From IMG/VR virus record IMGVR_UViG_3300045988_101878, positions 11,226-75,225 of that record: a stretch of 64,000 bases of DNA; one strand, 5' to 3'. How positions within the stretch are numbered: position 1 is the stretch's first letter; the number at the start of each line of letters is the position of its first letter. Shown one piece after another: positions 1-6,477 of this stretch. The position numbers were made by a program, and so were the translations under genes. The notes below the pieces were generated by a model. The model did no database searches. It had not been told where the DNA came from and was given only the letters and a program-made list of their open reading frames with translations. This DNA is from a virus.

Positions 1-556
1 TAAGCATGTACTCGGCAAGTTCGTGACGCTGCTTAAGGATAGTCTCGGCAAACTTGTCTACGGACAGGAAACGATACCATTGCTTGCGCTCGTTGGTAGG
101 TATAAGACTGTCGCAATACTTGTATGTGCCATTAACGGACTTGTCGTACATGTAGGAAAAGCCTACGTCGGTGAAGTGCAGCCATGATTTGCTGTATTGT
201 GGGTTTTGACGTATCTCCATTGGAGAGGAAAGGAGAAAAGTGTCTACGTAATAATGGAAAGCTCGCTGACGTGCTATAAGTATCTGCTTTTCGCCTACCT
301 TGTTCCAAAGTTGGAAGACTTCCCAAGTGCAGTCGGATATATCACGCTTGCCGTGACGGTCGATACGGAAGTAGCGAAGTACCTGCCAACCTTTGTAGGA
401 CTGGTTGATAACGGCATAGCAACGGTTGTACATATCCTCGTACTTACAAGAGCCGTATGTGTTGCGGAGTAGGCGAGCGTTGTCACGCTTGCCTATCTCG
501 CCTAACTTGTGTGAGAGGTTAACAACCTCTTGTTCTATCTTGTTGCGTGGTTTCAT
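1..556 (-). CDS. PcfJ-like protein (partial, runs off the left edge)
   Basis: My own translation of the minus strand from the ATG at 556-554 gives MKPRNKIEQEVVNLSHKLGEIGK... and stays open to base 1. It is absent from the ORF track because no stop lies in the window. The N-terminus resembles PcfJ-like proteins from memory, and the gene lies 1 nt downstream of a PcfK-like gene. Confidence 0.5.
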   Translation of the reverse strand, partial: MKPRNKIEQEVVNLSHKLGEIGKRDNARLLRNTYGSCKYEDMYNRCYAVINQSYKGWQVLRYFRIDRHGKRDISDCTWEVFQLWNKVGEKQILIARQRAFHYYVDTFLLSSPMEIRQNPQYSKSWLHFTDVGFSYMYDKSVNGTYKYCDSLIPTNERKQWYRFLSVDKFAETILKQRHELAEYML

Positions 557-557
557 A

Positions 558-959
558 TTACATTCCTTCAAATAAATCAAGTTGTAGTGAGTTGTCTGAG
601 CCTTTCTTTGCCTTTTTCTTCGCCCTTGGCTTTGGCTCGGGGATTAGTACTGGCTGAGGCTTCGCCTCCTGCTTTGGCTTCTTCTCTGCCTTTGGCTTTG
701 AAGTCGTTACCTCTGCCCTTGGCGTGCATCCCTTTGTGGGGTTAACGTCCTTCTCCTGATAGTAGTGGACTGCCATTTGCAATACTTCATCATCCGATAT
801 TGCTGCGCAACCGTTTACGGCTTGCTTTTGCGCCTGTTGTGTGACGTAGCGGATGCAATCAGTCATAGACTTTTGCTCGTCCTCATAACGCTCGCGGAAG
901 TTTGGGTCTTGGCTTGCCATTTCCCCTAACTTTGCTTCGAGATATTCCTGTGCTGTCAT
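558..959 (-). CDS. PcfK-like protein (family reported to include anti-CRISPR AcrIIA9)
   Basis: 133 aa. The pattern DCIRYVTQQAQKQAVNGCAAISDDEVLQMAVHYYQE matches my memory of the PcfK-like core (DC..Y......NG....DDE....A.HYY.E). The tail is K/P/E-rich. Confidence 0.6.
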   Translation of the reverse strand: MTAQEYLEAKLGEMASQDPNFRERYEDEQKSMTDCIRYVTQQAQKQAVNGCAAISDDEVLQMAVHYYQEKDVNPTKGCTPRAEVTTSKPKAEKKPKQEAKPQPVLIPEPKPRAKKKAKKGSDNSLQLDLFEGM

Positions 960-966
960 AATGCTT

Positions 967-1152
967 CTATTTTTTATTCTTACACATCCCTAAGCACTCC
1001 AAATTATAGCTGTCGAAATCATCAGCCGTTAGGATAACGTCTCCTGTGCGGTACATGTGATTCACGGTTGCCTTTGCTTCGTGCTCGTCATTTGCTTCAA
1101 CTTCAACCCTTTTGCATAAGGTCTCGATTATCAATACTTCGTACTTTGCCAT
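967..1152 (-). CDS. DpnD/PcfM-like small protein
   Basis: I trimmed the track ORF 967..1278 to the internal ATG at 1152. MAKYEVLIIETLCKRVEVEANDEHEAKATVNHMYRTGDVILTADDFDSYNLE fits the PcfM-like pattern (Y.V.I.E.....V.VEA....EA...V........L...DF). Confidence 0.55.
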   Translation of the reverse strand: MAKYEVLIIETLCKRVEVEANDEHEAKATVNHMYRTGDVILTADDFDSYNLECLGMCKNKK

Positions 1153-1165
1153 AGCTGTATATTTT

Positions 1166-1519
1166 TTAGTTGTTAATGACGTAATGAAATGATATTGTAC
1201 ATGTGTTGTTAACCATGAGACAAACAGTCTTAAGACTTGTGCTGCCGTCAATGGTATTGTCGTTGACTGATTCCTCAACGCTCTTAAGCCATTGACTTAC
1301 CTGCTTAAGTATCTCCTTGTCAAGAGCCTTGTCAAGAATCTCAAGGAAAACAACATGACTGTTGAAGTTGTACATTAGCTTGGCTACACCTCCATTAATG
1401 AAGCCTATGACTGTGCCAAACTTGTTCTCACAATATTCATCGTTGTCGAACAGTCCTTCAAAAAGCATGTCGCTACATAAGTCCTTTTCGTTAATAGGAC
1501 ATGGGATTATCTTCTTCAT
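1166..1519 (-). CDS. hypothetical early protein
   Basis: 117-aa ORF, co-oriented and tightly packed in the early operon. No motif recognised. Confidence 0.5.
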   Translation of the reverse strand: MKKIIPCPINEKDLCSDMLFEGLFDNDEYCENKFGTVIGFINGGVAKLMYNFNSHVVFLEILDKALDKEILKQVSQWLKSVEESVNDNTIDGSTSLKTVCLMVNNTCTISFHYVINN

Positions 1520-1545
1520 AATTGTAATGTTTTATTGTTATTAGT

Positions 1546-1589
1546 TCCGTTGTCGGTGTCGCTCCGAAATGGTTTCTATCCCCAACGGA
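1546..1589 (-). other. intergenic stem-loop, family A
   Basis: TCCGTTG (1546-1552) pairs with CAACGGA (1583-1589). On the minus strand it reads ATCCGTTG...CAACGGAACTAA, the same closing stem and 3' flank as the element at 2856-2900. Confidence 0.45.
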
Positions 1590-1595
1590 TTGTTG

Positions 1596-1808
1596 TCACT
1601 TGATGTTGTGCGACCATTTGTAAAGCCTTTCAAAATGGTCTGAACCTGTGTACGTGTCTATGTCTCCGTAATCGTCTATATCGTTGCATAGCTGGCGAAC
1701 ATCTTGTTTGAGTTGCTGACGTTCCTTCTCTATGTCAGTAAGATATTTGATTGTTATAGCCGAAAAGGCTGCACTAAGGAATAACAGGATAAATAATACT
1801 TTGTTCAT
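1596..1808 (-). CDS. small membrane-anchored protein
   Basis: 70 aa. N-terminal hydrophobic segment MNKVLFILLFLSAAFSAITI, then a charged helix. Confidence 0.5.
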   Translation of the reverse strand: MNKVLFILLFLSAAFSAITIKYLTDIEKERQQLKQDVRQLCNDIDDYGDIDTYTGSDHFERLYKWSHNIK

Positions 1809-1899
1809 AATCTTCTATTGTTTAATTGTTTATAATGTATCATCGTGCGTAACAGACTGCTCTACCGTGTATCTTGCGCAACATTGATAGTACTTCACG

Positions 1900-2079
1900 T
1901 TAGATAATTCTGTTCTGTATTGTGCGTATCTGGCTCTCAAGTTCTTTCTTTGTCCAAAACCGCATGGTTGATGGCTTTTTGTCCTGACTGCATTTGCAGC
2001 AAAACCACATCACTCCTCCATATACATCACTCAGTCCTACACAATAGGACGTGCCGTTGATTGTTACTTTCTCTTGCAT
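1900..2079 (-). CDS. hypothetical 59-aa protein (below the ORF-track cutoff)
   Basis: My own translation gives MQEKVTINGTSYCVGLSDVYGGVMWFCCKCSQDKKPSTMRFWTKKELESQIRTIQNRII. Its start overlaps the 3' end of 2064..2249, and it fills an otherwise empty 250-nt gap. Confidence 0.35.
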   Translation of the reverse strand: MQEKVTINGTSYCVGLSDVYGGVMWFCCKCSQDKKPSTMRFWTKKELESQIRTIQNRII

Positions 2080-2249
2080 TCTCCGAATAATTTAAGTTTG
2101 AGACTTGTCGCGTTGTCTATTTCCTCGTTGATAAATCCGCGTGTCAAAGGCGCAATATTCTTGCGCTTCAACTGCTTTTGTCTGCTGTCGATATACTCGC
2201 CTAATATCTGTCTTAGAAATAGCTGTTCTGCGATGGTTAATGTTATCAT
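2064..2249 (-). CDS. hypothetical early protein
   Basis: 61-aa ORF in the early operon. Confidence 0.45.
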   Translation of the reverse strand: MITLTIAEQLFLRQILGEYIDSRQKQLKRKNIAPLTRGFINEEIDNATSLKLKLFGECKRK

Positions 2250-2271
2250 AATGTCTGCTTTAGGGCGTTAG

Positions 2272-2301
2272 CTTGGTGGGGCAACGCCCCACCTTATCTT
2301 C
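2272..2301 (-). other. conserved hairpin, family B (copy 1)
   Basis: Stem GGTGGGGC (2275-2282), loop AAC, stem GCCCCACC (2286-2293), flanked by CTTGG and CCTTATCTTC. On the minus strand it follows the stop of the 30-aa ORF. Confidence 0.5.
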
Positions 2302-2304
2302 GGC

Positions 2305-2397
2305 TTATTCTTCTTCCGTAAACTCCTTCCAATGTCTCCCCACATAGATTCCTGCCACATAGGAGACGACTGCCAATGCTATAGTAAATTCAATCAT
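2305..2397 (-). CDS. 30-aa single-TM micro-protein
   Basis: My own translation gives MIEFTIALAVVSYVAGIYVGRHWKEFTEEE. Its ATG overlaps the TGA of the upstream gene (ATGA), which suggests translational coupling. A conserved hairpin follows its stop. Confidence 0.3.
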   Translation of the reverse strand: MIEFTIALAVVSYVAGIYVGRHWKEFTEEE

Positions 2398-2833
2398 GAT
2401 TAATTGTATTTTCGATTTGTTGTATTCCTGCTCTCTCCTCTATCTCCTTGCGGTCGTACAAGGTAAATGTCATGTATTTGCAGTCTCCTGCGTATCGTGG
2501 CACTGGTGCGAAGTATACGCCAAAGTAAAGAGTTACTTTAAGACAACATGACAAGTCGTAATTGTCAAGTATTCCCTTAGCTTCAGCAAATACCTCTTCG
2601 AGTGTCTTGCTTTTGAGTTTTTGGGTTGTGCTATAGTTTCTGTAGCTGAAGCCCATCCATGCGCCTTGCTTCATACGCTCATTTTTCTGTACTGCTTCAT
2701 TCTGCCTTTTGGCAAACATGATAGCTGAATGCTCGTCAGCATAGTGGTTAACTCTAACACCTGTCTCAGCATTGATAATGCTGTAGATAGTGCAACCGCA
2801 TTCGGTTTCTTTTCTTACGATGTACTTTCCCAT
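2390..2833 (-). CDS. hypothetical early protein
   Basis: 147-aa ORF. No motif recognised. Confidence 0.55.
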   Translation of the reverse strand: MGKYIVRKETECGCTIYSIINAETGVRVNHYADEHSAIMFAKRQNEAVQKNERMKQGAWMGFSYRNYSTTQKLKSKTLEEVFAEAKGILDNYDLSCCLKVTLYFGVYFAPVPRYAGDCKYMTFTLYDRKEIEERAGIQQIENTINHD

Positions 2834-2855
2834 ATCTGCAATAATTAAAGTTAGT

Positions 2856-2900
2856 TCCGTGCCGGGTCTCGAACCCGATGTGCGCCTTATCGCTCACGGA
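2856..2900 (-). other. intergenic stem-loop, family A, with a tRNA T-arm-like inner hairpin
   Basis: The minus-strand RNA reads TCCGTG-A-GCG-ATAAGG-CGC-ACA-TCGGG-TTCGAGA-CCCGG-CACGGA-AC. That is a 6-bp outer stem enclosing a T-arm-like TCGGG/TTCGAGA/CCCGG. The G-U pair exists only in the minus-strand reading. Confidence 0.45.
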
Positions 2901-2908
2901 TGAAGGGA

Positions 2909-3241
2909 TTATTGTTTCGGCTTTTCGTAGTAGCACGATACCTTGTAGCCATTCTTTATAAGAATGTTGAGTAGGGTTTGTGCGCTCTTGTAGAAGAGAT
3001 TCAACTCGATGCTTACGACTTCGTCTGTAAACAACCGTTTTTCACTCTTGATGATGCTGTTACAATGCTTCTTGTCAGCAAAGAAGGCATACACGAGGTA
3101 TCTTTCTTCTCCATCAAGTTCAAATTCGCTAAGAAAGATAGCGAGGGCGTTGCCGATGTAGATATTTACATCGTAAGTTCTTTCTTTCTGCTTGATGGTC
3201 ATCTTGCCCATCTTGTCAGTCCATTTCCATTGTAATGCCAT
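2909..3241 (-). CDS. hypothetical early protein
   Basis: 110-aa ORF. Confidence 0.55.
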   Translation of the reverse strand: MALQWKWTDKMGKMTIKQKERTYDVNIYIGNALAIFLSEFELDGEERYLVYAFFADKKHCNSIIKSEKRLFTDEVVSIELNLFYKSAQTLLNILIKNGYKVSCYYEKPKQ

Positions 3242-3254
3242 AATTGTATATTTT

Positions 3255-3470
3255 TTAAAAAATGTGTATTGCTGTTTCTCTCTTAGTTACTGCGTATAGC
3301 TTACCACTCTTGCCCTTCATTAGCAGACCATTGAGACCGTTAATGCCTTTTGAGTAGCCTATTTTGTCGTACCACTCTGGGATGGCTGTTGTACTGATAG
3401 CGTCCGTTACGTCTATTGCTGCACCTATCTTGACAAGCTCTTTGAGCTGTCTTGTTGTATACTTCTTCAT
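3255..3470 (-). CDS. hypothetical early protein
   Basis: 71-aa ORF. Confidence 0.5.
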   Translation of the reverse strand: MKKYTTRQLKELVKIGAAIDVTDAISTTAIPEWYDKIGYSKGINGLNGLLMKGKSGKLYAVTKRETAIHIF

Positions 3471-3637
3471 AGCTGTTTATCTATATTGTTATTAATGCTA
3501 TAGCGTCCGTTTTTTCGCATTAAAGATAATTTTTGTTGACATTCCTTTTTTGTAGGAGCTGCGCATATTATACCTTTTTCATCGAACGCTCCCCAATTCC
3601 AAGGAGCGGGACGTTTTTTATAGATTACCTTCTTCAT
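3467..3637 (-). CDS. hypothetical 56-aa protein (below the ORF-track cutoff)
   Basis: My own translation gives MKKVIYKKRPAPWNWGAFDEKGIICAAPTKKECQQKLSLMRKNGRYSINNNIDKQL. Its TGA overlaps the ATG of the next gene (ATGA). Confidence 0.35.
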   Translation of the reverse strand: MKKVIYKKRPAPWNWGAFDEKGIICAAPTKKECQQKLSLMRKNGRYSINNNIDKQL

Positions 3638-3675
3638 AGCTGTATAGTGTTAATGGTTATTGATATGTGCGAAGC

Positions 3676-3705
3676 CTTGGAGGGGCAACGCCCCTCCTTA
3701 TCTTC
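3676..3705 (-). other. conserved hairpin, family B (copy 2)
   Basis: Stem GGAGGGGC (3679-3686), loop AAC, stem GCCCCTCC (3690-3697), with the same flanks. There is a compensatory T:A to A:T change relative to copy 1. It follows the stop of the 51-aa ORF. Confidence 0.5.
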
Positions 3706-3707
3706 TG

Positions 3708-3863
3708 TTAGTTCTGCCAATACACAACATAATTGTGTTCCTTGTCACTCAGATTGGACAATCTTGCATAGTCGTGCGCGTCCTTTGCATCATCAAACCA
3801 CGCTACTACTGTTGGTAATGTGCTACCACTCTTGTACTGTTTTGTTACGATAAACTTCTTCAT
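3708..3863 (-). CDS. hypothetical 51-aa protein (below the ORF-track cutoff)
   Basis: My own translation gives MKKFIVTKQYKSGSTLPTVVAWFDDAKDAHDYARLSNLSDKEHNYVVYWQN. A conserved hairpin follows the stop directly. Confidence 0.35.
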   Translation of the reverse strand: MKKFIVTKQYKSGSTLPTVVAWFDDAKDAHDYARLSNLSDKEHNYVVYWQN

Positions 3864-3892
3864 AATAATTGTATGAGTTTAGAATGTTAATA

Positions 3893-4222
3893 TTAGCGTT
3901 CCTTTGTCAGTATATCAATATAATATTTCTTATTAACGTCAACTTCTTCAACTTCGTAATAAGTTTTACACTTCACGTATTGTGATTCTGTCTTGTTGAT
4001 GAACTGCTTTGCCATTGTTTCGCAATAGCTACCACCAAATGAACCTCCTAACGTGTTTTCGTTTCCGTACTCAAGAATAAAGGTGCGCATTTCTTCATCC
4101 TTATAACCTTTTCTTGTTGCCACAGCGAGTATTCCGTAGAACGAGTTGTGAAAGATGTATTGCTTACCTGTAAATATTACATTTACCTCGCATCCGTTTC
4201 TCTTAATTTTGTAGATTTCCAT
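3893..4222 (-). CDS. hypothetical early protein (first gene of the minus-strand early operon)
   Basis: 109-aa ORF. Confidence 0.55.
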   Translation of the reverse strand: MEIYKIKRNGCEVNVIFTGKQYIFHNSFYGILAVATRKGYKDEEMRTFILEYGNENTLGGSFGGSYCETMAKQFINKTESQYVKCKTYYEVEEVDVNKKYYIDILTKER

Positions 4223-4292
4223 AATTGTATGTTTAAATTGTTAATATTAATGTTGATGCAATCTCTTGATTACGCTTGTAAAGGTAATGGTA

Positions 4293-4324
4293 TTTCTTTA
4301 CATTGCAAGTATTTTGTAAAGAAA
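4293..4324. promoter_or_regulatory. 10-bp inverted repeat in the divergent early/XRE control region (operator candidate)
   Basis: TTTCTTTACA (4293-4302) and TGTAAAGAAA (4315-4324), separated by 12 nt. Confidence 0.35.
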
Positions 4325-4424
4325 TATCATTATAATTAACATTGATTAGTAAATAAATAACATTACAATACATTTTGTTTACACTTATTAGCAATCAAAT
4401 GTCTTTACGGTACATTTTATTGTG

Positions 4425-4432
4425 TACCTTTG
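4425..4432 (+). promoter_or_regulatory. Bacteroides-type -7 box upstream of the XRE gene
   Basis: TACCTTTG matches TAnnTTTG and lies 24 nt upstream of the ATG at 4456. Confidence 0.35.
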
Positions 4433-4455
4433 CGAAAGATATAACATTACGTATT

Positions 4456-4770
4456 ATGAGAATAGAAGAAATACTAACAGAAAAAGGCATGAGTAAGGCC
4501 GCGTTAGCCGAGAAAATGAATACTTCGCGGCAGAATATAAATTCACTTTTAAAAAATCCATCAGCAAAGAAAATCGAAGAATTTGCGGCGGCGTTAGATG
4601 TTCCCGTATGGCAATTGTTCGCTTCTCCTGCTGAGGTCACAAACATTCCTCAGGAGACCAACGCAGAGTTTGCAGCCTTCATCCGCTACAAGGGCATCCA
4701 TTACACGGCTGACTCTCTGGAGGAATTCAATACAATCGTGGAAGAGATAAGAAGTATAACTAATAATTAA
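4456..4770 (+). CDS. XRE-family helix-turn-helix transcriptional regulator
   Basis: I trimmed the track ORF to the ATG at 4456. MRIEEILTEKGMSKAALAEKMNTSRQNINSLLKNP is a classic Cro/CI-type HTH. The gene is divergent from the early operon. Confidence 0.75.
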   Translation: MRIEEILTEKGMSKAALAEKMNTSRQNINSLLKNPSAKKIEEFAAALDVPVWQLFASPAEVTNIPQETNAEFAAFIRYKGIHYTADSLEEFNTIVEEIRSITNN

Positions 4771-4778
4771 AAAAAACA

Positions 4779-5306
4779 ATGAATCAAACATCTTTAATTG
4801 TCGGTGGTATATTCATCGGCTTGGCAATTATTATTGTTGTGTACAATGTACTAAAAGGAAGTAAGAAAACAACAATGAACCTAAATCCTATTGACGGAAT
4901 ACGTCCAAATGGCGTATTAGGATTCGAGTTAGGAGACGAGTGTTTATTTTGTCTGTCAAGGCTCAAGCACCTTAATTTATCTGTGGATAGGGATGAACTA
5001 AACAACAGTTCTTCAGCAGGTTTCGTTGCATGGGGTAAGGGCGTTTTTAATAACATAAACGAAGTTCGTTTCCGTTTTGACAATAATAGACTTTCATTTA
5101 TAGTTATAGACATTGACTTTTCATCTGAAGGCATAAAGGATATGTACGGAATTTTAGTTAGTCGAATATGTAGAGTATTAGGACAAGAACCTGCAATATG
5201 TACCACCATGAAAGCAGTATGGAATACATCACGTAGTGATATAGAATTATTTAGACATATGGTGCCAGTATTAGAAGAAGAAGTACTGTTGATAAAAATA
5301 TCCTAA
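4779..5306 (+). CDS. membrane-anchored protein of unknown function
   Basis: 175 aa. N-terminal TM segment LIVGGIFIGLAIIIVVYNVL. Co-transcribed with the XRE gene. Confidence 0.55.
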   Translation: MNQTSLIVGGIFIGLAIIIVVYNVLKGSKKTTMNLNPIDGIRPNGVLGFELGDECLFCLSRLKHLNLSVDRDELNNSSSAGFVAWGKGVFNNINEVRFRFDNNRLSFIVIDIDFSSEGIKDMYGILVSRICRVLGQEPAICTTMKAVWNTSRSDIELFRHMVPVLEEEVLLIKIS

Positions 5307-5352
5307 TAACTACTTTCATGGCGTTATCTCCGCGAGGGGCAGGGCGGCAGCC

Positions 5353-5380
5353 CTTGGGGGCGGCACGCCCCCTTATCTTC
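5353..5380 (-). other. conserved hairpin, family B (copy 3, variant stem)
   Basis: Stem GGGGGCG (5356-5362), loop GCA, stem CGCCCCC (5366-5372), with the same CTTGG / CCTTATCTTC flanks. Confidence 0.4.
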
Positions 5381-5513
5381 CCCTTGTTCCTCTCTCCTTC
5401 TCCTCCAATATACCCAACCTCTCCCCATAGAGAGAAAACACCCTCATTAGTCTCTCGTTAGCTGGACAACAGTAAGGGGAGTAGAATAACCTGAGAATCC
5501 TCCAATTTGATTA

Positions 5514-5550
5514 GGCTGTAAGCGTGATTTGTGCGTTTGCAGCCTTTTTT
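5514..5550 (+). terminator. intrinsic terminator
   Basis: An 11-bp stem (GGCTGTAAGCG / CGTTTGCAGCC, with two G-U pairs), a 9-nt loop, then TTTTTT. Confidence 0.6.
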
Positions 5551-5860
5551 CGTGCAAGCGATTGGCTTGTTTTGGTCTTTTGAGGTTGATTTTGCGTGTT
5601 TTTCCGCTTGATTAGGTGTTTTTACGATATTTATCGAGTTTCCTTTTGTTCTCTTCTCTTCTTTTGAGTAAATATCTGTGCAAATATTGTCTTTCTCATG
5701 CGTACATCTTCATGTCCTGGACTGTTCATATTTTCCTTTAATATTTGCCTTTGTCTCAAAAATTACGGGGGTTAGACCGCTTTGACTGTTCAAAAAGTCG
5801 GTTTTTGGATAGAAAACGCCCGACAAAGGGATTGGTGTGAAAAATGCAAATATTGTCCTT

Positions 5861-5903
5861 GGACGAAATACGGTAAAATTCATTGGATTTAGGTGTACCT
5901 TTG
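5861..5903 (+). promoter_or_regulatory. late-box (GGACGAAATACGGTAAAA) plus -7 box TACCTTTG
   Basis: The box starts at 5861 and the -7 box at 5896 (offset 35 nt), the same geometry as at 37645 and 53511. Confidence 0.5.
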
Positions 5904-5949
5904 GGCGTTCTAAGTCGTTCTTTGGCTTGTTTTCATGGCTTCTCCTTCC

Positions 5950-5978
5950 TTCGGGATGGGTTCGGGATTCGTTCGGGA
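5950..5978 (+). repeat. three TTCGGGA copies phased at 11 bp
   Basis: TTCGGGA occurs at 5950, 5961 and 5972. Confidence 0.6.
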
Positions 5979-5997
5979 CGTGGCATGAAGGCAGAGA

Positions 5998-6127
5998 TTA
6001 TACCACATGGGAGGAGACTTTATACCACATGGAGGTGGACTTTGCACCACAAAGGGCAGGATTTTGTACACAAAGGGCAGGATTTTGTACCACATGACTC
6101 GAAAATCGTACCAAATGAACAGTAAAA
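5998..6127 (+). repeat. six tandem ~22-bp iteron-like repeats
   Basis: Units start at 5998, 6020, 6042, 6064, 6085 and 6106. The core is TT(A/G)(T/C)ACCACA(T/A). Units 3 and 4 share ACAAAGGGCAGGATTTTGTAC. Confidence 0.7.
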
Positions 6128-6254
6128 TGGGCATGTGACCCTTGTGGGGTCAGAACCCAAGGAGATATAAGACTGAAAATCAATCGGTTATGCGTGTGGT
6201 ATGGAAGAAAGTAGCACAAGGGTAATACTTTTTGATGATTGGACGTGACTCCGT

Positions 6255-6400
6255 GGCTGTTGGCAGGTGGAAGGTGGAGGATGATGGGCGTGACGAGGTG
6301 GAGAGCTGCCATGAGGATGCAGGTGGATGATGATAGGAGCGACGAGGAACGATGTGGGAGACGAGGCAGGGACAGCAGGGGACAGGCACAGACGAACCCA
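6255..6400 (+). repeat. purine-rich block with degenerate AGGTGGA / GACGAGG repeats
   Basis: About 145 nt is almost entirely G/A on the plus strand. AGGTGGA occurs four times and GACGAGG three times. Confidence 0.5.
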
Positions 6401-6477
6401 AACCCCCACCCCCCTTAGGTACTGGATGCAAATTATAGTAGATAAAAGCATAGGTGTAAATGTTGCTCTGCCAGGAA

